Below are positions 50,749 to 60,375 of a stretch of DNA of 64,000 bases, piece after piece. The stretch is from contig CAXXUA010000011.1 in the NCBI GenBank assembly GCA_963663765.2, positions 96,001 through 160,000 on the forward strand, written 5' to 3'. Made by a program: the position numbers and the translations under genes. Position 1 is the first letter of the stretch; every line of letters begins with the position of its first letter. This DNA is from Candidatus Poribacteria bacterium. Its GTDB lineage: Bacteria; Poribacteria; WGA-4E; WGA-3G. The notes under the pieces are model-generated. The model was given only the letters and a program-made list of their open reading frames with translations, was not told the DNA's origin and made no database searches.

Positions 50749-51819
50749 TTATTGGTATCGTCTACGATCTGCTTCTTCTACTATCTCTTCACCGAGTGAT
50801 ATATTCAGTTTTGATGCACATTCATGAAGTTGCGTGTTGATTGTATCTGGAATCTCAATACCGTCTATTAAACGTTGTGAACGATAGCGGGATTCATAAT
50901 CTCCAGGAACTAAGACTTCATCAATCCCAGGTGCAGGTGGTGTATCTTTTACAGTATCTAAAAAAGCACGGACACCTTGTTGATATTCTTCTATAGGTGT
51001 AAAGGCATTTACATCAATCACTTGCATGTATATTCCACTCATCCGTCCGGTTTCAACATCAAACTTACCCGTTAATCCACCAAGCAGACACGTAAACATC
51101 GATAGTGCATAGCCTTTATGTCTACCAAATGGAAGAAGTGAACCCCCTTCATAGAAATCGGAGGGTTTGATACTTGGCACACCGCTTTTGTCCAAAATAC
51201 ATCCTTTCGGTAAATCAATATCTTTGCTCCGTGCAACCTGTATCTTACCTTCTGCAATCATACTCGTAGCATAGTCTACAATGAATGGAGAATCGTCACC
51301 GGTAGGAACACCGATAGCAATAGGATTAGTACCGAATGCACCTTCTGCACCTCCAAAAGGAACCACTGGACCAACATTCTTACCTCCATTTCCAACGGTG
51401 ATGAGACTCATACAACCAGATGCAGCTGCGTCTTCTGCATACTCACCCAAACGGCCAATATGTCCGGTGTTGTCTATATTCACACAACATATAACTGCTT
51501 TCTTTGCTTTCTCAATTGCTTTTCGTATTGCTATTCTTGAGACATAGTGTCCAAAACATCCATGTCCATCAAAAAGGAGAGTGTTGTCGGTTTCCGATAC
51601 AATTTCAGGTTCTGCGGAAGGATTAATAACACCTTCTTCAATTCTTCTAATATAGGTTGGGATTCTAAGTACACCATGGGAATCATGACCTGTCAAGTGT
51701 GCATTGATTAGGATCTCTGCTACATCCTCAGCAATGTGTTGAGGGGTTCCTGCTCCGACAAAGATAGTACGTGCTATTGCATGAAGGTGAGGAGTATGAA
51801 AATGTTGCATTTTTTCCAT
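50749..51819 (-). CDS. Ldh_2 family oxidoreductase
   Basis: GHDSHG, HIGRLGEY, GTNPIA, HKGYAL, LVPGD. Confidence 0.92.
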   Translation of the reverse strand: MEKMQHFHTPHLHAIARTIFVGAGTPQHIAEDVAEILINAHLTGHDSHGVLRIPTYIRRIEEGVINPSAEPEIVSETDNTLLFDGHGCFGHYVSRIAIRKAIEKAKKAVICCVNIDNTGHIGRLGEYAEDAAASGCMSLITVGNGGKNVGPVVPFGGAEGAFGTNPIAIGVPTGDDSPFIVDYATSMIAEGKIQVARSKDIDLPKGCILDKSGVPSIKPSDFYEGGSLLPFGRHKGYALSMFTCLLGGLTGKFDVETGRMSGIYMQVIDVNAFTPIEEYQQGVRAFLDTVKDTPPAPGIDEVLVPGDYESRYRSQRLIDGIEIPDTINTQLHECASKLNISLGEEIVEEADRRRYQ

Positions 51820-52202
51820 TTATGTGTCCTTTGATATGATATATATTTCTATATGATCTATGAAGCCTATAATATTCTATGTAATATTCTGTTTTTTCTC
51901 AAGAAAAACATGAAGGCATGTATAGAATTTGGCATGAATGAGGGTGTGTAGAGTCGATATACCTTATATCTGAACCAGGATTTTCAGGATTATTAGATTT
52001 TCAGGATTAGAGTCTGATGGTGTTATTTTCCATTCTAAACGGTTACATATTTGTGTCTATTACGATAGTGTTTATCGTAAGGAAAGGGATTGATGCGCCA
52101 GCATATTATCCTGGAAATCTATAAATCACGAATATCGCGGATAAGATTGTGTCTGAGACGTTATTGATAAGGATAAGTTCTATCTAAGCAATACGATCAT
52201 TG

Positions 52203-52778
52203 GGGTGTGTAAAGTTTTTGCACAAACTGCTCATTCTTCATTGTAGAGCGGGGTCTCTGTGCCCCGCCGCAAAATTGATTAAATGAGAGATTGCGGTGGG
52301 GCACAGAGACCCATAGGTGTCAATATAAGGAAATATTGTTAATATCAACCATACTCTTCAGTCCCGTAGGGACGATATGTTTATAGAAAACGAGTACCCT
52401 TCCCAGTTCTTTAGTCCCGTAGGGACGATATGTTTAACCTTCTATGTCGTTTCTATGGAACTCAAGCAAGAGAGGGTGATAACGCCTTTTTATAAACATA
52501 TCGTCCCTAATGAAGTTTAAAAAATAAATTAGGTAATTCTATCTAATCCACCCTGGAAGGCGTGCTTTGTAAGCGCGCTGTTGGACTTGATGTGCCAGCG
52601 CTCTTACAAAGCACCAAATCAACGGTATGAAACATGGAGCATGCCACAAGCGCATGCTTCTTTAGGCATTCCCCACCTACCGAGTGAGAAGTATTTATTT
52701 CCCGTTTAATAACTTAATCTTCATACGGGACTAAAGAGAACAAAAGTTTGTACCTCTGTGTAAGAACTTTACACACCC
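52203..52778. mobile_element. Composite MITE-like element, TIR GGGTGTGTAAAGTT family
   Basis: TIRs with flanks atcattg/attattg. A nested ATGAAG...CTTCAT element (~52510-52724) splits a CGTCCCTACGGGAC hairpin that is intact at ~3167. Confidence 0.78.
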
Positions 52779-52933
52779 ATTATTGGTGGAAGTCTTCTTC
52801 GCGAAATCTGTGTAGTTCGCGATTCTGACAAAAAAGGTGACAAGAACTTTACACATCCCTTAACATGAGTGTTGAATATGTAATCTTGTGATGTTATACT
52901 ATCAAGAATACATCAAATGATTGGAGCATAGAA

Positions 52934-54022
52934 ATGAAACAGGTTACAATATATCGCGAATCGGGACGTTTTGCGGGATGGCCTGCAAACTACGGAATAT
53001 GGTCATGGGACAACGAAATTGTTGTCGGATTTACTGTAGGATACCACAAATCGGACGCAGGTTTTCACCGCCGAGATAGGGACAAGCCATTTACAGCAAT
53101 GCAAGCGAGAAGTACCGATGGTGGTGAATCATGGACTGTATCTGAAACTCCGTGCAGTCTTCCAGGTTCAGGTTCACTATCAGCAGATGAGCATGTGCAG
53201 GCAAATCTCAAACAACAAGGTAAAGCAGAATATTGTATACCGCAATCAGTTGAGTTTGAACATCCTGATTTTGCTATGATGTGTAGCAGAACTGGACTCA
53301 GTAAAGGGGCGAACTCTTGGTTTTATACTTCAACCGACCGATGCCACAGTTGGGATGGACCTTACCAACTCCCAATGTTTGGTTACACAGGTATAGCTGC
53401 ACGTACAGATTATCTAATTACGAACTCAAAGGAGTGTTTGCTGTTTCTAACTGCTTCCAAAACGAATGGAGAAGAAGGTCTGGTATTCTGTGCTAATACA
53501 ACCGATGGTGGAAAGTCTTTCTCACGTTTTTCACAGGTTGGTCCAGAACCAGAAGGTTTTGCTATTATGCCTGCAAGTGTAAGACTATCTGATTCTCGTA
53601 TATTAGTCGCAATGCGGTGTCGGGGTAGAAGTAGACAACAAAACAGAGATTGGGAACAACTACAAAATTGGATTGATCTGTATGCTTCTGAAGATAATGG
53701 ACAAACTTGGAATTATGTGAATTGTCCTGTGGAAAACACAGGTCGTGGCGGTAATCCCCCCACCCTAACACAACTACAGGATGGTAGATTGTGTGTAACT
53801 TACGGATTCAGAGATGCACCCCACCGTATGTGCGCAAAGTTGAGTGAGGATGATGGAAAAAACTGGAGTGCTGAGATCGTCCTGCGCGACAATGGAGGGG
53901 ATCACGATATTGGTTATCCACGCACTGTTCAACGGGCGGACGGTGTCATGGTAACGGTCTACTATTTCAATGAGGAACCCGATGGTGAAAGATTTATTGA
54001 AGCAACTCTCTGGACACCTTAA
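52934..54022 (+). CDS. Sialidase/BNR (Asp-box) repeat protein
   Basis: Asp boxes STDGGESW, STDRCHSW, TTDGGKSF, SEDNGQTW, SEDDGKNW; GYP. Confidence 0.85.
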   Translation: MKQVTIYRESGRFAGWPANYGIWSWDNEIVVGFTVGYHKSDAGFHRRDRDKPFTAMQARSTDGGESWTVSETPCSLPGSGSLSADEHVQANLKQQGKAEYCIPQSVEFEHPDFAMMCSRTGLSKGANSWFYTSTDRCHSWDGPYQLPMFGYTGIAARTDYLITNSKECLLFLTASKTNGEEGLVFCANTTDGGKSFSRFSQVGPEPEGFAIMPASVRLSDSRILVAMRCRGRSRQQNRDWEQLQNWIDLYASEDNGQTWNYVNCPVENTGRGGNPPTLTQLQDGRLCVTYGFRDAPHRMCAKLSEDDGKNWSAEIVLRDNGGDHDIGYPRTVQRADGVMVTVYYFNEEPDGERFIEATLWTP

Positions 54023-54032
54023 TTTGAGAGTG

Positions 54033-55415
54033 TCACTCATTCTTAGATTCCAGTTGGAAACAGACGAGTCGGTCTTTTCCTCGAACATATAAACGACCAT
54101 CCGACAATACTGGTGCTGCCCATGCTGGATATTTAATCAATTGATTGCCATTTTCATCTGTTGGTACTGCGACAGAGATAAGTTCAGGTTTTTCAGGTGT
54201 ACATTTGAGTAACATCAATCGTCCATATTCACCGAGAAAAATGAAGTAGTCATTCACCCAGAGCAATGACGCACGTTCATTGACGTTTTGTTTCCACATT
54301 ATTATACCTGTCTTAAGTTCTACGCATCGCAAATCTGCACCACCAGAATGCCTTCCGCTGCTGCCATACAGGTATCCTTCATGGTGTATTGCTGTATTCC
54401 AGTGTAACTCCATTGCTCTGTTTCTACTGTTTCGTTCGTCTTTCCAAACAACATCGTAACCCCCCGGACGCACTTGAATTACCGAACTACCAATCCCATA
54501 GGATTCACTGATAAACACATGGTCGTCTACTACAACAGGACAAGATGCATTGACTGACTCCATTTTTGAACTACGCCAAGGATAGTGGAAATCTATATTA
54601 CCTGTATCCGGCTCAAACCCAATCAGCCCTCCTCGTAAGAATGAAAATCCCCAACGTCTTCCGTTGATTGTTGCAAAGACTGGACTGGCATAACTGGCAA
54701 GTTCATCAGCAATCTGATAAACAACTTCACCTGTCCGTTTGTTAAAGGTAACTATACCGCTACCATTTGGTTTAGGATTACCATTTGATTCCCATATATC
54801 TTTGGGTGTGCCTTTTGGGGATCCACCAGCATGAACGATTAGTAATTCTCCTTCAATTGCAGGGGTAGAAGCCACGCCAAAAAAGTTCTGAACAACATTA
54901 AATTTTGATGCTGTATCTACTTTCCAAATCCGTTTGCCATTATTGGTATTGACACAGTGCAATTCTCCTTCTGCACCAAATATATAGACACGATCTTCAT
55001 CAACAACGGGACAACTCCTGGGACCGTTGTTGTAACCGTACATATCTTCATAGTCAGTCGGATATTCATAAGACCAAAGTTCGTTTCCGTTGTTACTATC
55101 CAGACACGTGAGTCGTGCCATGTCTGCATAACGAGCAAAGACAAACACCTTACCATCAGCAATTGTGGGTGCACCATAACTTGTGCCAATCTCATTGCTC
55201 CATAACACAGGGGGTCCTTTCTTTTCCCACGGCGTGATATTTATCTTTTCTTCAGATTTTCCGTTGCGATTGGGACCGAGAAAATCATTCCAATCTGAAT
55301 CAGATATGGCAAAAGGACAAATGTTAATAAGAATTAATATGGGAAAAATGAGAAGTAGAGAGTAATAAAAGCGTTGTTTCATAAATAATCCGTGACCACA
55401 CCGATTCCGTACCAT
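54033..55415 (-). CDS. PQQ-like/BamB beta-propeller protein
   Basis: DWNDFLGPNRNG, G.ELW, G..IW, WAAPVLSDGRLYVR...LVCF; likely start at MKQRF (55382). Confidence 0.85.
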   Translation of the reverse strand: MVRNRCGHGLFMKQRFYYSLLLIFPILILINICPFAISDSDWNDFLGPNRNGKSEEKINITPWEKKGPPVLWSNEIGTSYGAPTIADGKVFVFARYADMARLTCLDSNNGNELWSYEYPTDYEDMYGYNNGPRSCPVVDEDRVYIFGAEGELHCVNTNNGKRIWKVDTASKFNVVQNFFGVASTPAIEGELLIVHAGGSPKGTPKDIWESNGNPKPNGSGIVTFNKRTGEVVYQIADELASYASPVFATINGRRWGFSFLRGGLIGFEPDTGNIDFHYPWRSSKMESVNASCPVVVDDHVFISESYGIGSSVIQVRPGGYDVVWKDERNSRNRAMELHWNTAIHHEGYLYGSSGRHSGGADLRCVELKTGIIMWKQNVNERASLLWVNDYFIFLGEYGRLMLLKCTPEKPELISVAVPTDENGNQLIKYPAWAAPVLSDGRLYVRGKDRLVCFQLESKNE

Positions 55416-55475
55416 CAGAATCTCGGTTGACGCAGATTATGCGGCTTGGGTGGAAAAAATACCTGCAATAGATCC

Positions 55476-56082
55476 TAGTGTTGAGTCAACATACTCTTGT
55501 TGGTCGAGATTCGTAGATCGCTCCTACAGAAGTCTTGTGTATTGTGTGTATTGTGTGTATTGTAGGAGGGAACTCCGATTCCCGACTATATTTTAGACGC
55601 ATCAATAAACACGTGACTAAGCACTGGTGTTGAGTCAACATACTCTTGTTGGTCGAGATTCGTAGATCGCTCCTACAGAAGTCTTGTGTATTGTGTGTAT
55701 TGTGTGTATTGTGTGTATTGTAGGAGGGAACTCCGATTCCCGACTATATTTTAGACGCATCAATAAACACGTGACTAAGCACTGGTGTTGAGTCAACATA
55801 CTCTTGTTGGTCGAGATTCGTAGATCGCTCCTACAGAAGTCTTGTGTATTGTGTGTATTGTGTGTATTGTAGGAGGGAACTCCGATTCCCGACTATATTT
55901 TAGACGCATCAATAAACACGTGACTAAGCACTGGTGTTGAGTCAACATACTCTTGTTGGTCGAGATTCGTAGATCGCTCCTACAGAAGTCTTGTGTATTG
56001 TGTGTATTGTGTGTATTGTAGGAGGGAACTCCGATTCCCGACTATATTTTAGACCCATCAATAAACACTTGACTAAGCACTA
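55476..56082. repeat. 4 tandem copies (149/158 bp) of a TIR element with divergent REP-like hairpins and an internal 9-bp minisatellite
   Basis: GTGTTGAGTCAA at 55478, 55627, 55785 and 55934; ends TAGTGTTGAGTCAA/TTGACTAAGCACTA; TGTGTATTG x3-4. Confidence 0.92.
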
Positions 56083-56826
56083 ATGCTTAGAATACCCTAT
56101 CCTACGCAAAAAAACCTCATGCAGATGTCTTCTCCGAGTTGTTCCGTGTCATCCGAGATTCTGTCTAAACCAGGATTATCAGGATTATCAGATTACAAGG
56201 ATTACCATATTAAGGTTTTTTGATGCGCGTTGGAGTCTTCTTTTGAAATAGGATTTGATGAAAAAAATCCAAAAAAACTATTAATCCCATATAATGCCAT
56301 ACGCGCATTCAATCCAGGGGAATGCTTTATAGCATTCATACCCGGGGAATGCCTAAATGGCATTCATATCGTTGATTTCTTGATTTGAAAATTCTGGTTC
56401 AGACAACAGAGGACGTTATAACTCAGAATAGATTCTATTCCTTCAAATTGGAATTTTAGGATAAGATTAGGATTACCCAATTAGTAAATTAAACTTCATT
56501 AATTTTAAAATATTGAAACCTGAACATCGGTCTTTAGTCCCGACAATGCCATGCGCGCATTCGACGGGACTAAGACATGGACAAGATGGCAACACATAAA
56601 ATTAACGTCATAGCAAAAATTCATCAATAATACCTAAAACTGAATAACCCTGAAAATGTTTTTCTTGACTTTATATCACACTTATTCTATGGTAATAAAA
56701 TATATTTGTAATTCACCAGTTCATAACTGACGGTAGAAACCAGAAACCTCTATAGGGATTGCAAAATCACTGACCTGCCAATTTCTGTAGTCTGACTAAA
56801 CAAATAAACCTTGCTTCATGATATAA

Positions 56827-57198
56827 TTGAAGCATAACAGGAGACAGAAATACAAAGACTTTCTGATCAATTTTAACATGCTTAATAACAATCTTTTTCG
56901 CTATACAGATCGGAAGAAAAAGTCTCTTACGACTCGTAGACTTTCATGGGGATTAAGAACGATCATCTTTGGCACTGTGACATTTTTCATCATCAAAAGC
57001 TTAAAGAGTGGACTGGATTCGCCATTGGGATTGGATACCCCCACTATCGCTATATTCATAGTTGCTATAATTATATTTATGGTTATTCTCCTTAAACCGG
57101 TCCTTCGTCATTACATTGGAACTAATTTTAAGAGAATATATCTAATGATTTTGCTTATTCTTTTGTCCACTGTGTTGTTCATTTCACTTTTTCTATGA
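56827..57198 (+). CDS. Hypothetical small membrane protein
   Basis: Three hydrophobic segments; start uncertain. Confidence 0.45.
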   Translation: MKHNRRQKYKDFLINFNMLNNNLFRYTDRKKKSLTTRRLSWGLRTIIFGTVTFFIIKSLKSGLDSPLGLDTPTIAIFIVAIIIFMVILLKPVLRHYIGTNFKRIYLMILLILLSTVLFISLFL

Positions 57199-57444
57199 TG
57201 CTTACCAGTATTCTGATACCGGTTGAAGATATGATGTCAGCAGCCAAACTATCAGCCGAAACAGGCGGTGCAACTGCTTGAGAATTTAATTTGAATGTGA
57301 ACAATATGACACAGAAATAGAAAAAGTCCTTACTAAACTCCTAAAAAGCCAAATGAAAACTTACTAAGACACGGTTGAAGAATATAATAAAAATATCCAG
57401 GGAGATGCTACACAAATAAGGAGACGTAATGTTTAAACGATTCA

Positions 57445-58470
57445 TTATGCTGCAGCCGCATATTCTTCATTAGCACGTTTCACAAGAGCATTCATATAAG
57501 CAATCGTATATGCAGTACCGACACGATGATCACCTGCCATGCTTGGTATATGATCTGGTATCATCACGCCATTGAAGTCAACTTCACGTAAAACTTTCGC
57601 TACCTCATACATATCCTGATAACCGTTATCAACAAAGGTTTCAACGAAATGAGGTAGTGGTTTATCTACATTACGAAAATGAATTTTGAAAATCTTACCG
57701 CGTTCACCGAAATAGCGTATGGATTCAATTGCATCTTTACCCATTAAATCCCCGCCTTCCAGCCAGCAGCCAACACAGAAACACATTCCAACGTTCGGAC
57801 TGTCGGCAATCTCAAGGGCGCGTTTGTATCCATCAAAACTACTGAAAATGCATCTTGGGATTCCAGCAAGATTGAGTGCGGGTGGGTCATCAGGATGAAT
57901 GCCAATCATGACACCTACTTCCTCAGCAACTGGTGCCGCCTGCTTGATAAAATAGGTATAGTTATCCCATATTTCATCTTCACTAAACTCTCGTCCATGT
58001 GAAAGTGGCATTTTGAATTTTTGACCGCTCCAGTGTCCTTCTTGTGCAGTCTGGAAATTGAACGCCCGCGCACTGGCGCCACCACGGGTTGTTTCACGTT
58101 CAGTACTCCAAATGCCGTTTCCCATATGTGCATACGTTGTGTAAGGAATACCTGCTCTCCCCAAATCCCGGATGTATTTCTTGTACTGTTCAATTTTAGC
58201 ATCCCGGTTCTCTAAGTTAAGCACAATCCCATCTTGATTGTGAACATCGCTGTTCCCGAACCCGTATATCTTCAATCCGGCATTCTCAAAAATCTCACGA
58301 CGGCTCATAAAATAGTCATAATTCGCATTCTTGCCGTTTGTCCAGAGAACAACATACTCAACATCCATCTGTTTCGCGAACTGCAAATCTGCTTCGCTTG
58401 GTTCAGGAGACATCTGTGCAGTCACTTTCATTCCAGGTTCAATGTTTTTCAATGGGTTTTGTTTAGCCAT
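57445..58470 (-). CDS. uxuA: Mannonate dehydratase family
   Basis: TRGGA, APVAEE.GV...IHPDDPP, FCVG, HFRNV, DNG..DM, PDHIP. Start at MAKQ (RBS GGAGG). Confidence 0.85.
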   Translation of the reverse strand: MAKQNPLKNIEPGMKVTAQMSPEPSEADLQFAKQMDVEYVVLWTNGKNANYDYFMSRREIFENAGLKIYGFGNSDVHNQDGIVLNLENRDAKIEQYKKYIRDLGRAGIPYTTYAHMGNGIWSTERETTRGGASARAFNFQTAQEGHWSGQKFKMPLSHGREFSEDEIWDNYTYFIKQAAPVAEEVGVMIGIHPDDPPALNLAGIPRCIFSSFDGYKRALEIADSPNVGMCFCVGCWLEGGDLMGKDAIESIRYFGERGKIFKIHFRNVDKPLPHFVETFVDNGYQDMYEVAKVLREVDFNGVMIPDHIPSMAGDHRVGTAYTIAYMNALVKRANEEYAAAA

Positions 58471-58776
58471 TTTTCCTCCATACACATATTGGTAAAATCT
58501 GAGCAAATATCTTAGTGCAGTTGCGTTGTTGTAACTTGAGATCGGTAAGAGTCTTGTAGAGCAAACTGTTAGTTTATGTAAAGGTTTTCAATTGTCCGAA
58601 ATGGACAATTGTGGAAGGGGTTTGTAACTACGATTTCATAGAACAAGCATATCAAATCGGGGTTACAAACCCCTCCCACAAAGATATATTGTGACAATTG
58701 AATACCTCTGTTAGTTTGCATTCCACAGATGCACAAACTAACAGTTTGTGCTATAGTACTCACGTTTTATGTAGGA

Positions 58777-60174
58777 CTACTCATCGTCCATGGCTTCTTC
58801 TTTGAGTCGATATAACTCCGCAGTCAATTCCTTAACGACATCAGCATACTCAGGATCATCATAGACACTACACATTTCGTTTGGATCTTTTTCAAGATCA
58901 AAGAGTTCCCATTCCGGTTCCTTTGATTCGTCAATTGATCCCGATGTACCTAAAGCTTCACCGTAGTAATAGATGAGTTTATACTTATGTGTCCGGATAC
59001 CGTAATGCGCGCCAACATAGTGGTGAGATAGGTGCATCCAGTAGCGATAATACATAGACGTCCGCCAATCGTCTGGAACACTTCCCTCAAGAATAGGTCG
59101 CAAGCTTGCACCCTGCATATCTTCAGGAATTTCTATGCCCGCGTAATCCAACCACGTCTCTGCAAAGTCAATATTCAGAGCCATCGCATGAGTAGAACTA
59201 CCCGCGCCAATTGCCCGAGGATAACGGACTATGAAAGGCATGCGTAATGACTCTTCATACATAAACCGTTTGTCATACCAACCGTGATCACCCAAGAAGA
59301 ATCCCTGGTCTGATGTATAAACCACCATAGTATCTTCGGTAATCCCTTCTTCATCAAGATAATCCAGTAATCTGCCAACATTGTCATCAATAGATGCGAC
59401 ACAGCGGAGATATTCCTTGATGTAGCGTTGATATTGCCAGTTTGCCAATTCTTCATCAGATAAACCTTCCGGGGGTGGTCCAAATTTTTCAATTTTCAGG
59501 TCTCTATCGTTCATATGACCGAATACTCGCATCTTTGCTTCTTTGGCAGCATTAGAACGATTAGAATAGTCATCAAAAAAGTTGTCTGGCATCTGGACAT
59601 CCTCATCTTCAAACATATGTAGGTGCTTTTCATCGGAATCCCAAGGACGATGGGGTGCTTTGTGATGACTCATCAGGAAGAACGGTTTATCTTTATCACG
59701 ATTTTTCAACCAATCTAACGAGAAATCTGTGATGATGTCGGTAGCATACCCTTCGTGTTGTTTTCTTCCATCTTCTTCTATCATGACTGGATCATGATAC
59801 GCTCCTTGACCAGGAAGGACGTTCCAATAGTCAAAACCAGTCGGGTCAGCATCACCCCCATGACCAAGATGCCATTTACCAACAATCGATGTCTGATACC
59901 CATTAGCTTGAAGCATTTTGGCTACATTCTGTTTTCTACCATCAAATTTGTCATTTAATGTCTTGACACCATTTAGATGACTATGCAATCCTGTCAAGAT
60001 GTTTGCTCGACTGGGGGTGCAAATAGAATTGACGCAGAAGCAGTTTTGAAAAATCATCCCCCCATCTGCGATGCGGTCAAGGTTCGGTGTTTTGTTGATA
60101 CGACTACCGTAGCAACTCATTGCATGAGATGCGTGGTCATCTGACATTATAAATAAGATGTTCGGTCTACTCAA
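58777..60174 (-). CDS. Sulfatase (Cys-type, DUF4976-like C-terminus)
   Basis: RPNILFIMSDDH, CTPSRANILTG, GKWHL, HKAPH, SDQGFFLGDHG. TTG start after AAGGAG. Confidence 0.93.
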   Translation of the reverse strand: MSRPNILFIMSDDHASHAMSCYGSRINKTPNLDRIADGGMIFQNCFCVNSICTPSRANILTGLHSHLNGVKTLNDKFDGRKQNVAKMLQANGYQTSIVGKWHLGHGGDADPTGFDYWNVLPGQGAYHDPVMIEEDGRKQHEGYATDIITDFSLDWLKNRDKDKPFFLMSHHKAPHRPWDSDEKHLHMFEDEDVQMPDNFFDDYSNRSNAAKEAKMRVFGHMNDRDLKIEKFGPPPEGLSDEELANWQYQRYIKEYLRCVASIDDNVGRLLDYLDEEGITEDTMVVYTSDQGFFLGDHGWYDKRFMYEESLRMPFIVRYPRAIGAGSSTHAMALNIDFAETWLDYAGIEIPEDMQGASLRPILEGSVPDDWRTSMYYRYWMHLSHHYVGAHYGIRTHKYKLIYYYGEALGTSGSIDESKEPEWELFDLEKDPNEMCSVYDDPEYADVVKELTAELYRLKEEAMDDE

Positions 60175-60375
60175 TTGTGTCTCCTTTGGTGTAAAATAAC
60201 AAGCACTAATGAAGGTTTCAGATAACAATTATTTCATTATTAACAAGGATATAATATTAGTTTTTTCTACAAAAGTCAATCAATTTTGTTTTCAATTTTA
60301 CAGTACTTACGCCATCCCCCTTATCAAGGGTACTTTAAGAGGAAGTGCGTAAATCCTGCAGAAAATCATTATACC

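Noticed and set aside
56700-56810. Riboswitch or ncRNA after the TTGACT promoter-like site
   Set aside because: No recognisable Rfam motif by eye; would need a covariance-model search
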